Shown piece after piece: positions 50,847 to 61,031 of a stretch of 64,000 bases of DNA; the stretch's first letter is position 1; each line of letters begins with the position of its first letter. Source of the stretch: Acidobacteriota bacterium (lineage in GTDB: Bacteria > Acidobacteriota > UBA890 > WLXD01); assembly GCA_963666055.2 (NCBI GenBank), contig CAXWPH010000015.1, positions 800,001 to 864,000 on the forward strand. Reading direction: 5' to 3'. The notes under the pieces were generated by a model, which was given only the letters and a program-made list of their open reading frames with translations, did no database searches and had not been told where the DNA came from. The position numbers were made by a program, and so were the translations under genes.

Positions 50847-52466
50847 CTAGGGGTTGCTCGCCGGTGCTTGCGGTCTGGGGGGAGCTGTCAACGAATTTGC
50901 CAGGGCCGGTGCTACCGCCTTGGCGCCGAGCCCAGCACCGCTGATCTTCTGCAGGTAGGCGTTGGGCTCGTGATCGAGTGCCCCGGCGGGCAGATGCTCC
51001 CAGAGCGCGCCCAGGTCGTTGCGGATACGGTTCACGAAGAACTCCGGGAGCTCGTCGGTCTCGCGCTCGTAGTAGCGTCGCAGCGGTCGATCCTCCCGCA
51101 GGCGGCGCCGCAGCTCCGTGTAGTAGCGGATGCGGCCATAGCCCTCCGACGAGATCGCTCGCACCACGTTGAGCCAGGTCGCAAAGCCGCGTTGTGAGGC
51201 CCGGGCACGCCGCACGATCCGTCGCGGCGAGAACGTGTAGCGGGTCAAGTCGATGACCCGGTCGTAGAACTCGCCCCACCCGTAGTTGAGCGGCTTGACG
51301 TTCATCGCATGGTTGTTGTTCAGGAAGTGGAAGGGGAACGGGAGCACGCGTCCGGCGCGCTGTAGCTCGAGGTTCAGCGGCGCCGCTTCGCCGAATGCCG
51401 ACAGCAGCGAATAGCCGGGGAACGTAGCCGGGGTCTCATCGATGAACTTCTTGGTGAGATCGAAGGGCTCTGCCCCTTCGTCACAGTCGAGGCCGAGCAC
51501 GAAGTTGGTCTGCACGTACGGGATGTAGTCGAAGATCATGTTCACGTGCTCGGACACCTGCCGGACCTTGTCGATCCCGAATTTGAGCCCGGTACGCGAT
51601 TTGCCACCGAGGTCGTACCAGGACTCGATGCCCGGCAAGAGGGCCTTGAAGCCGGCATCGCGTAGGCGCCGCACGTTCGGCTCCGAAAGCAGCGACAGGC
51701 TACTTTCAGCTGCGAATCGGATGGCGCCCGGGGGCACCGCTTCCTCGATGGTGGTCAGGTAGTCGTCAAAGCGCACGCCGAAGTTCGGGTCGTGCCAGCC
51801 GACGGTGGGGTTGGGCATTACCTTGACGAGAAATCGCAAGTCGTCGCGGATCTGCTCGTAGTCGAGCGGCTGGTAGTCGACCTCGGCGTCGATACAGAAG
51901 CTGCAGGTGTAGGGACACCCGACGCTGCCTAGCATGGGCACCATCTTGATGCTCGTCGGCACGTGGCGAAGCGTCGGCTCGATGTACTTCCAGCGCTGCC
52001 GAACGCTCGGAAGCTCCTGCGGCTGTGTCTTTGCCGCCAGGTGTACGCCCAGCGGTCGGTGCGGCTGACAATCGGAGAGGATCTCGCTGACGATCTCGCG
52101 ATTGGTGAAGCCGACGACGTAGTCGAAATACTGGCGCGCGTCGTCCGGATAGCAGCGTGCGTGCGGACCGCCGAGGACCGTCACCGCGCCGCGGCTTCGG
52201 AAGAGGTTGCTGAGGGCGTACGAGAGTTGCGCCGCCTGTGAAAACGCGCCGATGAACAGCAGGTCGACGTCCTCGGGAAGCTCCTCGAGGAGATCCTCTG
52301 CCCCTGTGTAGCAGACCAACTTGACGTCGTGGCCGGCGTCCTCGCACCAGACCGCGATTACCTGTGGCATGACGCTCGCCAGGTTGGCGTTCATCACCCG
52401 GGCCCAGAGTGCCTTGGTGGGCGCCCGCGCTACGAGATCCAGAACGCCGATTCGAAGTCGCTGCAC
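50847..52466 (-). CDS. B12-binding-domain radical SAM protein
   Basis: 'VLGGPH' and 'GCPYTCSFC' (CX3CX2C), 'GIES'. Confidence 0.85.
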   Translation of the reverse strand: MQRLRIGVLDLVARAPTKALWARVMNANLASVMPQVIAVWCEDAGHDVKLVCYTGAEDLLEELPEDVDLLFIGAFSQAAQLSYALSNLFRSRGAVTVLGGPHARCYPDDARQYFDYVVGFTNREIVSEILSDCQPHRPLGVHLAAKTQPQELPSVRQRWKYIEPTLRHVPTSIKMVPMLGSVGCPYTCSFCIDAEVDYQPLDYEQIRDDLRFLVKVMPNPTVGWHDPNFGVRFDDYLTTIEEAVPPGAIRFAAESSLSLLSEPNVRRLRDAGFKALLPGIESWYDLGGKSRTGLKFGIDKVRQVSEHVNMIFDYIPYVQTNFVLGLDCDEGAEPFDLTKKFIDETPATFPGYSLLSAFGEAAPLNLELQRAGRVLPFPFHFLNNNHAMNVKPLNYGWGEFYDRVIDLTRYTFSPRRIVRRARASQRGFATWLNVVRAISSEGYGRIRYYTELRRRLREDRPLRRYYERETDELPEFFVNRIRNDLGALWEHLPAGALDHEPNAYLQKISGAGLGAKAVAPALANSLTAPPRPQAPASNP

Positions 52467-52809
52467 GTCTTCCCTCCGTTCAGAGCGACGGCTGGCTCTG
52501 GCTGCCTAACGGCGCCGACGGATCGTACACCGCGGAGGGCGAGCGCCGGAGGTCGCTTCGGCCACCTCTTATCGAGGTAGCCGGATGCTAAGGCATCGAT
52601 GCACCGGCTGGCAACCGGCTCGCCACCGGAGCGCCGCCTGCGGCGCTGCCGCCGCTCAGTTGAACGCGGCCGTACCAGGGCGGCGAAGCCCTGCACGCAG
52701 GAGGGAGGGCTTTGGCGGAATACCTCTTGTTCCACCACGACCTGCTAGGGTCGTGGCGTTCTTGTGCGGCACGCGGAGAGTCGCCTGGAGCGAGGCGCAG
52801 GGAGGGGTG

Positions 52810-55116
52810 ATGGAACTATCGATGAAGGCTCGTGATCGGCCTTTGGTGACCGGGGTGCTCGTCGCCCTGGCCGGGCTCGGATCACAAACGCTCTATGCGA
52901 CGGACAACGAACTGGTTCCCGCGCAGGTGGTGTCGACGCCCGAGGCTGGGTCGCGGCAGGAGATGTACGAGCGCTACCTGGAGTTCCCATCGCTCGTCAA
53001 GGGCGCTTCGGCCCGACCGCATTGGCTCGCCGATGGCAGCGGGTTTTGGTACGCCGAGGGAATGCCGGACAGGACGATGATCTTCAAGGTCGATCCGGTG
53101 GCCAACCAGAAGGTGCCGCTCTTCGACGTCGACCGATTGCGACGAGCGTTGACGCTACCGCTGGGCCATGAGCCACCCTACGAGGGCTTGCCCTTCGACA
53201 GCTTCACATTCCTAGAGGACGAGCGGGCGGCCAGGTTCGTGGTTGAGGACCGCGAGTTCGAGATCCGGCTCGCCACCTACGAGATCGAGGCATTGCCGGC
53301 CGGCTCGCCAGCCGAACGAGAGCGCCTCACGCCACAGCTGGTGCGACGAGCGTTCCCGACCACCGAACCGGACCTCTACGAGCTGCGCTCACCCGATGGG
53401 AGCTGGTTTGTCCGCGATCAGGACAACAATCTCTGGTTGCGCTCCACCGAGGATGGGCGTCTGGTCGAGCTCACCCATGATGGCGAGGAGCTGGACGGTT
53501 GGAGCACCTCGGATACCAAGTGGTCGCCCGACGGCAGCAAGCTCTTGACGCGTCGGGTGGATTCTCGTGAAGCGCACCGAATGCCCATTGTCCATTGGCT
53601 CAAGCCGGGCGAGGAGGAGGTCGAGTGGCATCTGTATCCGCTGGCCGGTGCCAGCCAGCCACAGAATCGATTGTTCATCGTGGACATCTATTCGAGGCAA
53701 CAAGTGGAGATCGATGTCGGCGATGATGCCGATCAGATATTCCATCTGATCGGCTGGGGGCCGGCGGGCAAAGAGGTGTTCTTCCTTCGGCTGGATCGGC
53801 TGATGAAACGGATGGACCTGATGGCCGCCGACCCGAGCACGGGGACCAGTCGAGTCGTCGTGACGGAGGAGCAGGAAACCTACGTCGAGGGGCTTCGCTT
53901 CTATGGTGTTGCCGACAACTTTCTGACGCTGCTGAACGATGGGCGTTTTCTCTGGTTATCGGAGCGTGACGGCTGGACACACCTCTACTTGTATGGCCTC
54001 GACGGCACCCTCGTACGGAGGCTCACAGACGGCGAGTTTCCGGTCAACAGAGTGGTAGCAGTCGACCAAGACGCCGGCCGGATCTACTTCATGGCGCAGG
54101 CGGAGCACGACCGGCCGTATGACGATCACCTCTATCGAATCGACTTCGAGGGCGGTGGTTGGCGGCGTCTGACCGAGGGTGTTGGCCAGCACGAGATCGC
54201 CTTTGCACCGGCGTCGACCTATTTTGTCGATACCCACTCCTCGGTTGGCAGACCCCCTGTGGTGGAGTTGAGGCAGGCGGATGGAGAGTTACTGCAGGTG
54301 CTCTCGACCGCCGACGTGTCGGCGCTCGAAGCGTTGCAGTGGACACCGCCCGAGGAGTTCGTAGTCAAGGCAGCGGACGGCGAGACCGACCTGTGGGGGC
54401 TGCTGTACAAGCCCTACGACTTTGATCCGGGTCGCAGCTATCCGATCATCGATTTCATCTACGCCGGCTCGCAGAGCGCCGTCGTGCCACGGACGTTCAC
54501 GAGCAGCAGGCGAGCTGTTTTTGCCCAGGCAATGGCGCAGCTCGGTTATCTCACCTTCGTCGTCGATGCCCGCGGCACACCGTTGCGAGGCAAGGACTTC
54601 CAGGACGTGGTCTACCAGAACATCGGGCGTCATGAGATCCCCGATCATGTCGCCACGTTGCGTCAGCTGGCGGAGCGTCGGTCCTACATCGACATGGGTC
54701 GTGTCGGCGTGCATGGCTATTCCTGGGGGGGCTACTTCACCCTGCGGGCGATGCTGATGGCGCCGGAAGTGTTTCATGTCGGGGTTTCTTCGTCGCCGGT
54801 CGTAGATCTGGCTGGAGCGCCCGAGCCCAGCGAGCCGTATCTCGGACTGCCGCAGAACAACCGGGAGTCCTGGAGCTATGCCTCCAACCTCCGTCTTGCC
54901 GAGAACCTGCAGGGAAAGTTGCTGTTGACAATTGGCACCAGCGATGTCAACACGCCCTTCGCCCACACCATGCGGATGATTGAGGCCCTTACGCGTGCGG
55001 GCAAGAAGTACGACCTGCTCATCCTCCCGGAGCAGAGCCACCGTCTGTCGGGGGCGAGTGCGCGCTACTGGCGTGATGCGGTAAAGGACTATTTCTTGGA
55101 GCACCTGCGCCCATAG
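52810..55116 (+). CDS. S9B dipeptidyl-peptidase IV family
   Basis: 'GYSWGGY', DPP IV N-terminal propeller, C-terminal catalytic His region. Confidence 0.9.
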   Translation: MELSMKARDRPLVTGVLVALAGLGSQTLYATDNELVPAQVVSTPEAGSRQEMYERYLEFPSLVKGASARPHWLADGSGFWYAEGMPDRTMIFKVDPVANQKVPLFDVDRLRRALTLPLGHEPPYEGLPFDSFTFLEDERAARFVVEDREFEIRLATYEIEALPAGSPAERERLTPQLVRRAFPTTEPDLYELRSPDGSWFVRDQDNNLWLRSTEDGRLVELTHDGEELDGWSTSDTKWSPDGSKLLTRRVDSREAHRMPIVHWLKPGEEEVEWHLYPLAGASQPQNRLFIVDIYSRQQVEIDVGDDADQIFHLIGWGPAGKEVFFLRLDRLMKRMDLMAADPSTGTSRVVVTEEQETYVEGLRFYGVADNFLTLLNDGRFLWLSERDGWTHLYLYGLDGTLVRRLTDGEFPVNRVVAVDQDAGRIYFMAQAEHDRPYDDHLYRIDFEGGGWRRLTEGVGQHEIAFAPASTYFVDTHSSVGRPPVVELRQADGELLQVLSTADVSALEALQWTPPEEFVVKAADGETDLWGLLYKPYDFDPGRSYPIIDFIYAGSQSAVVPRTFTSSRRAVFAQAMAQLGYLTFVVDARGTPLRGKDFQDVVYQNIGRHEIPDHVATLRQLAERRSYIDMGRVGVHGYSWGGYFTLRAMLMAPEVFHVGVSSSPVVDLAGAPEPSEPYLGLPQNNRESWSYASNLRLAENLQGKLLLTIGTSDVNTPFAHTMRMIEALTRAGKKYDLLILPEQSHRLSGASARYWRDAVKDYFLEHLRP

Positions 55117-55173
55117 TGATGGCGCTCCGGCCTGCGGATCGAGGTCGATGGGCAGCGTTCAGTGGAGCGGCAA

Positions 55174-55815
55174 CTAGTCGTGCCGCTGCAAGCCGCCAAG
55201 GTGCACTCCGGCGACCATGTACATGTAGCCACCCGTCCTGGCATATCGCTCATCGGCGGCGGCCGCGATGTGCTCGAGTGCCGCTTCGGGGTGTCCCGAT
55301 GCCTCGAAGTACAGACCCAGATAGAGGTGGGCGTAGAACTGGGCCGAGGTGCGGCCACCGGCGGCTGCCAGTACCTCCTCGGGGGCGAGGTCGCCGCGAA
55401 ACATCCCGTAGATCTCCGTCATCGGTGTCCGCCGGTCGGGCCCCACGGGCAGCAGGGCGGCGCGCGCCGCCGCCAGGGTCTCGGCGCGGGCGACGCAGAG
55501 GAAGTGCCAGGCGGCGTTCTCGACGTCGTTCGGATTGACGGTGCGGTGCGCTTCGAACTGCTCACGGCAGTCTTGGTAGCGCCCCGCGTAATAGAGGGTG
55601 ACGCCCCTCTGCCAGAGCTGAGGTGCGTAGTCGGGAAGCAACTCGGCAAGCCGGTCGAATCCGGCCGCCGATTCGCTGATGCGGCTGGCGCGGAAGTCGT
55701 CGACGGCGCGGTCGAAGATCTGCTGCGGATTCTGCGCCATGGATATCGCCGCGGCACTGGCCGCCGCGGTACCAACGGCCACGGCCCAGGCGAATACGAT
55801 AGGCACGCTGCTCAA
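55174..55815 (-). CDS. Exported TPR (NlpI-like) protein
   Basis: 'WQRG..LYY', 'NPNDVENAAW', 'FYAHLYLGLY'. Confidence 0.75.
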   Translation of the reverse strand: MSSVPIVFAWAVAVGTAAASAAAISMAQNPQQIFDRAVDDFRASRISESAAGFDRLAELLPDYAPQLWQRGVTLYYAGRYQDCREQFEAHRTVNPNDVENAAWHFLCVARAETLAAARAALLPVGPDRRTPMTEIYGMFRGDLAPEEVLAAAGGRTSAQFYAHLYLGLYFEASGHPEAALEHIAAAADERYARTGGYMYMVAGVHLGGLQRHD

Positions 55816-57474
55816 GGAATGTCCCTTCGCTCCGCCGCCTTGATGAGCTTGAGGGCGTCTTCCTGAAGGAGGAAGCCTTCCGTGACCAATGCTCTCGTGG
55901 CTGCCTCGAATTGCGCCAGATAGTCGCTGCGCGTCGGATAGAGCTTGTCGATCGTGGGCTGATCAAATGGCAGGATCGTGTCTCTGCAGTCCGGCGCCGG
56001 CACGTAGTCTCCTCTGTAGCTCGCAATCGGGACAGCAATCTCCGGCATGCGTAGGCCGCCGATGGCATTGCCGTACTTGTCGCGCGACGGACCTGGGGCA
56101 TTCGCGGAACCGCTTGTCTGGATGTAGTCGGCGCTTGGGGGAGCGACGCCCGAGGTGGCCCAGCGATCAAGCAACACGTAGGCGGCCTTCTCAACCATAT
56201 AGAGGTTGATCTCTGGCTGATTCGAATCACAAACGAAGTCGTAGGCGCCGAAGCCAGCCGCTGCTACATCGTCCCGCGCAGCATCGCTATAGTTGTATTG
56301 CCACGTCCAGCCGTGACTGGCACCGGTCAGCTCCCACATCATGAACTGGTCGTCTGCGGTATTGGCATTAGGCCTGCGGGCCGAGGCGAAAGGACTACGG
56401 TTGGCCAGCGGAAAGTCCCATTCGGAGTGCACGGCGAAATAGGGAACGCGGCGTCCCGGAATGGTCCACTGCGGATCATTGTCGGGAAGCGGATTGACCT
56501 CCGTCCCGCATTGATGGAGGCTGCCGCTGCGGGCCGTACTAGTCCCCCCAGCTTCCGCCAGGTAACCATCGTAGACAGGCTTCCCGTCGGGCAGGCTTGC
56601 GCGCTGGTGGAACCAGCGAAAATACCGCGACAGGTACGACCCCGATTGCGACTCGCCCGTGAGGTATAGTCGTTCGGCGGCCTGCCCGAGCGGGTTGTGA
56701 GGGGCATTCGACTTCAGTAGTGCACCTACCTGGGTGAAGATGTCCCAGGACAACCCGTTTTCCGACAGCTTCGAGAGATTCGGGTCGTAGTCGGGCTCTC
56801 CCGGCAGCAATCCGCAGGCTTGCTCATCCGGTGGCAGGGGGTTGGGCATCGACAGGCGCCCATAGCGACCTGCGTCGAACTCGACCATGCCGGGAAAGAC
56901 GTTCGGCTTGCTGGTGATGCCGACGTACACGTCTCCTTGCTTCAAGATCTGTTCCCACAGCGCCGCCCAGATCGCCGTCCAGTCGTAGCCGGCGCTCATG
57001 TTGATGATCTCGACGACGACCCGACCGCTGAACTCCGTCATGTTCTCTGGACGACGAACCATGATTCTGGTGGTGTACTCGGTGGCTTCGATCAGGTCCC
57101 GGGTCTCGTAGGGGAGCCAGTTCTTGGTTGCAGGGTCGAGGACCACCAGGTCGAAGTCGCTGTCCGGGACCCAGTCGTAGACGTGAGCACCGCCCGATAT
57201 GTAGTACTCCTCCTCGACATAGCGGTACTCGGCCAGGTCGATCGGGAGCCGCTGCCACATGCGAGTCTGCGGTATTGCGGATCGGACCCTCGAGCCGGGG
57301 AAGCGGTATACGGCCCTCGGTGGTGCCGCATGAGGTCATCACAGCAATGTTGAACGATACGAACAGCAAACAGGCAACGAGACGGCCGGGCTTCGACGAG
57401 GATTCAGCAGCCTTGCGCGTCCGCGCCGGTAGCGCACGAGTTGCGATCGCCGGCAATCTGGTGGGGAGCGTCAT
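55812..57474 (-). pseudogene. Alpha/beta hydrolase domain lipoprotein, frameshifted near the N-terminus
   Basis: 'YVEEEYYISG', 'GESQSG', 'GNAIGGLR.P'; signal/lipobox 'VMTSC' is in a different frame, with the shift at about 57260. Confidence 0.7.
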
Positions 57475-57838
57475 TCCCGTCACCCCTTGTCCGTGTTCAT
57501 GACCGTTTGGCCGCATCGTCGCCAACGATCGAAGTTCTGCCAATAGAGATTGGAACCACCTCATAGTGGATGGGCTCTTGCTGATGCCGACGTCCTTGAC
57601 GATCGTGACGCAGTGGCCGCGAGGTCCTCAGGACGGCGCTCGATGCAGCCTATCGCCAGGGCGTCCGAGATCCAATCGAGAGAGCCCGCAGGGGCGGGCG
57701 GGAAGGCCGGACCGGGAGGAAATGGCCTCAGCGGTTACCGTTTGAGCTCGTGTAGCAAGCTCGCGCGAGCCACAATGTGCAACGAACCTGTGTTACAGGA
57801 CACTGGACACGAGCTACTCGAGAGCAGGAACGCTGCCT

Positions 57839-58216
57839 GTGGTACCGCGCAAGAGGTCAGACCGGGGTCGAAGCGGTCGAATCGTTGCCGAGGGTCGTCG
57901 CGCGCGCGCCGAGTGGGACAGCAGCTACCGGGGCCGGGCGCTGAAGCTGCTGCCCTGGGTTTGCGCCAGCTGCGGGCGCGATTTCGTCAGCAAGAACCTC
58001 AGCGAGCTGACCGTCCACCACAAGGACCACGATCACACCAACAACCCGCCCGACGGCAGCAACTGGGAGCTTCTCTGCTACTGGTGCCACGACAACGAGC
58101 ACTCCCGACGTGCGGTCGCAGAATCTTCCGGCACGGCGCGGCGTCGCGACCAGCGACCTTCGGTCACCCAAAGCCCCTTCGCCAAGCTGGACAAGCTACT
58201 GAAGGGCCGGGAGTAG
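57839..58216 (+). CDS. yajD: YajD-family HNH nuclease
   Basis: 'YR.RALKL.PWVC..CGR', 'LTVHHKDHDHTNNPPDGSNWELLC..CHDNEH'. Confidence 0.88.
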   Translation: MVPRKRSDRGRSGRIVAEGRRARAEWDSSYRGRALKLLPWVCASCGRDFVSKNLSELTVHHKDHDHTNNPPDGSNWELLCYWCHDNEHSRRAVAESSGTARRRDQRPSVTQSPFAKLDKLLKGRE

Positions 58217-58291
58217 TCCGGAGGCATCCTGCAAGTAGCCGACTCGTAGCGTCTCGACCGGGAGTCCGGCGTCCCAATTGAACGGCGCCTG

Positions 58292-59629
58292 CTAGCGGAT
58301 GATGATGATCTTCTCGTTTATGGGACTCAGGTATTCAACACCGAGGTTCGTGACGATCGCGTTGTCTTCGAAGTTGATGCCGATGCGCCGGTTCCACTCG
58401 GGAACCCATGTGTTGAGCTCGAACTCCAGCGAGAAGATGTAGTTTGGCTGCACCATGATATGGGCGGTCGTCGATCGCCACGGCGCTATCGAGGGGCCTG
58501 CCGTAGCGTCGCCGACGCTGGTATTTCCGGTGGCATGGAAATCGATCGAGAATCCCGACCTCTCGTCGTCTCCCAGCTCTGCCACCAGGTCTCTGTATTG
58601 CGAGGTCCGATCGTCGGAAGGGGTGTACACATAATCGGCTGCTTCCAGGGCGGCGACGATCGCTTCGAGAGATTCTCCTGCGGTCCTGCCGACCTTGAAC
58701 GTCTTCCGAAGAATCTGACGCGCTTTCATCCCACGCTCCCAGGCGAGCCTTAGTCCGTCGGGTATGTCCGTCTCACCGTCCTTCAGGACATACGCGTTTC
58801 GCTTGATGTCGGTACCGAAGTTCAAGTAACCGATGCCCATGTCCCAGGATATGAACGCGCCGCGCTGATAAACGCCGTCTCGAGCGCCTCCCGGCATGTA
58901 AGGCAGAAACAGAGTCGCCGCTTGATAAGAGGGGCCGATTCCTCGCTCCAGCAGCTGGTCTGCCGCCCACCAGCCGATTTCTTCAGGGGTTGTGATTCCG
59001 GGTCTGATCCTCCGTAGGGCCGCTTCCATGATCTGTCGCTGAATCTCCAGCGCGTTTGAGAATGCGATGATCTCCCTTTGCACTCGTCTTACGCGGAAGT
59101 CGGTGATCACCTGTTCTGCAGAGACGATTCTCTTGGCGTATTTCTCACCCAGCGCTGCGATCATGCTCAGGTACGCCGTATGAGAAAGACCGTTCGCGAT
59201 GGGAAGCGAGGTCGACATGTTGACGGCGATCACCTCCGGATCGCGCTCCTCAACGATCTTCAGTAGGTCGCCTCCCGAAGCGGAAATGTCATAAAGACCT
59301 TCCTGGTCTTCGCCACCCAGGATTATCCGTTCGATCCGGTCCCCACCTCGATCCGTAAAGATGTAGTAGCCGAACGGTTCCCAGGCTCGGTATTCGAACC
59401 ATCCGCCCAAGTCCAGCGCAAGAGGATCCCTGTTGCCGCTCTGTACGACGTGAATCCACATGTCGACGTTGTTGTCGCGCAGGGCGCCGGGCAGGATGAG
59501 ATCCAGTTTCTCGTGACGTATGAGCCTCATGATCTCGTAGTTTTGTTTCGACTCCTGCGCGTAGGATTCCAGGCCGGTGGCGAGACAAGCGAGAGCCCAA
59601 CACACAGCTAGCAACCGGTTACTGATCAC
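58292..59629 (-). CDS. M24 (Xaa-Pro) peptidase family, exported
   Basis: 'WDMG', 'GTDIKR', 'SLE', 'FED'; signal peptide. Confidence 0.82.
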   Translation of the reverse strand: MISNRLLAVCWALACLATGLESYAQESKQNYEIMRLIRHEKLDLILPGALRDNNVDMWIHVVQSGNRDPLALDLGGWFEYRAWEPFGYYIFTDRGGDRIERIILGGEDQEGLYDISASGGDLLKIVEERDPEVIAVNMSTSLPIANGLSHTAYLSMIAALGEKYAKRIVSAEQVITDFRVRRVQREIIAFSNALEIQRQIMEAALRRIRPGITTPEEIGWWAADQLLERGIGPSYQAATLFLPYMPGGARDGVYQRGAFISWDMGIGYLNFGTDIKRNAYVLKDGETDIPDGLRLAWERGMKARQILRKTFKVGRTAGESLEAIVAALEAADYVYTPSDDRTSQYRDLVAELGDDERSGFSIDFHATGNTSVGDATAGPSIAPWRSTTAHIMVQPNYIFSLEFELNTWVPEWNRRIGINFEDNAIVTNLGVEYLSPINEKIIIIR

Positions 59630-59765
59630 GGTGACTCCTTCTCGAATCAATCAAATGTTGTGTGATGGTGTGGAACTGAAGGTCGAGTTTCTTACAGTCG
59701 ATTCGTTCTCAGGAGCGACGGTCACTTGATCGTCTGCCTCTGCCCACGCCCTGCGCGACGCCGGA

Positions 59766-60794
59766 CTAGTTGATGCGCAGCACCTTACTGCCGCGCACTC
59801 CGCCCGCTCTCAGCTCGCGTAGGGCGAGGTTAGCCTCGTCCAGCGGATACTCTTGAACCTCGGGCGCGATCTGCATTTCGCCCGCCAGTTCGAGGAAAGC
59901 ACTCACGTCGTGGCGGGTGATATTGGCGACGCTCTTGATCTCCTTCTCCAGCCACAGGTGTTCTGCATAGTCGAGGCGGGCCAGCTCCTGCTGATCGACT
60001 GTCTCCTTACGGATAGCATTGATGACCAGGCGCCCGCCCGGAGCCAGGTTAGCGAGAGCTTCCACGACGGGCTTCCAGGCCGGTGTGGTATCGATGATCG
60101 CGTGCAGCTTCTGGGGCGCGGCTGCCTCTGTGGGGCCTGCCCAGCCGGCGCCGAGCTCGACGGCAAAACGACGTTCGTCGGCGTTGCGCGCAAAGACCGC
60201 TACCTCGGTGCTCGGAAACAGGTAACGCGCAAGCTTGAGTACGAGATGCCCCGACGCCCCGAAGCCGGTGAGGCCGAGCCGCTGGCCATCACCGATGCCG
60301 GCAAGCATCAGCGACCGGTAGCCGATGGCGCCGGCGCACAGCAGAGGTGCGGCAGCCGTGTCGCTTAGGTTATCGGGGATCGTGTAGGCGAAGGCCTCCG
60401 GAACGGTCATCAACTCCGCGTATCCGCCATCGACATCCCGTCCCGTGGCGTGGAACTCCGCGCAGAGATTCTCCAGCCCGCTGGCGCAGAACCGGCAACT
60501 TCCGCAGGCTGAGTAGATCCAGGCCACGCCGACCCGATCGCCCGGCTCGAAACGACACACGTCGGCGCCGAGCGCTTCAACGCGTCCCACCACCTGGTGT
60601 CCCGGGATGACCGGTAATCGAGGCGGCGAAGTGCGCCCCTCGATCTCGTCGAGCTCGGTGTGGCAGACGCCGCATGTGGCCACCCTGAGCAGCACCTCGC
60701 CCGCGGCCGGCACCGGGTCGGCGACCGTTTCCGCGACGAGCGGATTAGATCTCTCGCTCAGCGGGCCGATCTCGTGCAGCCGCATCGCCCTCAT
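59766..60794 (-). CDS. Zinc-dependent alcohol dehydrogenase family
   Basis: 'CGVCHT', 'GHQ', 'CGSCRFC..ENLC', 'LLCAG'. Confidence 0.92.
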   Translation of the reverse strand: MRAMRLHEIGPLSERSNPLVAETVADPVPAAGEVLLRVATCGVCHTELDEIEGRTSPPRLPVIPGHQVVGRVEALGADVCRFEPGDRVGVAWIYSACGSCRFCASGLENLCAEFHATGRDVDGGYAELMTVPEAFAYTIPDNLSDTAAAPLLCAGAIGYRSLMLAGIGDGQRLGLTGFGASGHLVLKLARYLFPSTEVAVFARNADERRFAVELGAGWAGPTEAAAPQKLHAIIDTTPAWKPVVEALANLAPGGRLVINAIRKETVDQQELARLDYAEHLWLEKEIKSVANITRHDVSAFLELAGEMQIAPEVQEYPLDEANLALRELRAGGVRGSKVLRIN

Positions 60795-61031
60795 GAAACA
60801 AACGCTACCACTCCGAGGCGGCCGCGAGAGCGGCCTTGCCCGTCAGCACCCTGCTAACGGGGATGCACCCTCCCGCAAGAAAACGGAGGTCGGCTATTAT
60901 CATGCTTGTGTCGGAAGTGCAGGTGAGACTCTTGGATTCGCATGACGCGTTGACGCTTGGTGGTCGACTTGCCCCTGGGCGGCCCGCTCACAAGGCGGTG
61001 CCGATGTGGTGCTGCTGACTTGGTGAGCTCG

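Noticed and set aside
52504-52666. GCCTAAC...GTTGAAC resembling an integron attC site
   Set aside because: No convincing inner inverted repeats, no array and no integrase
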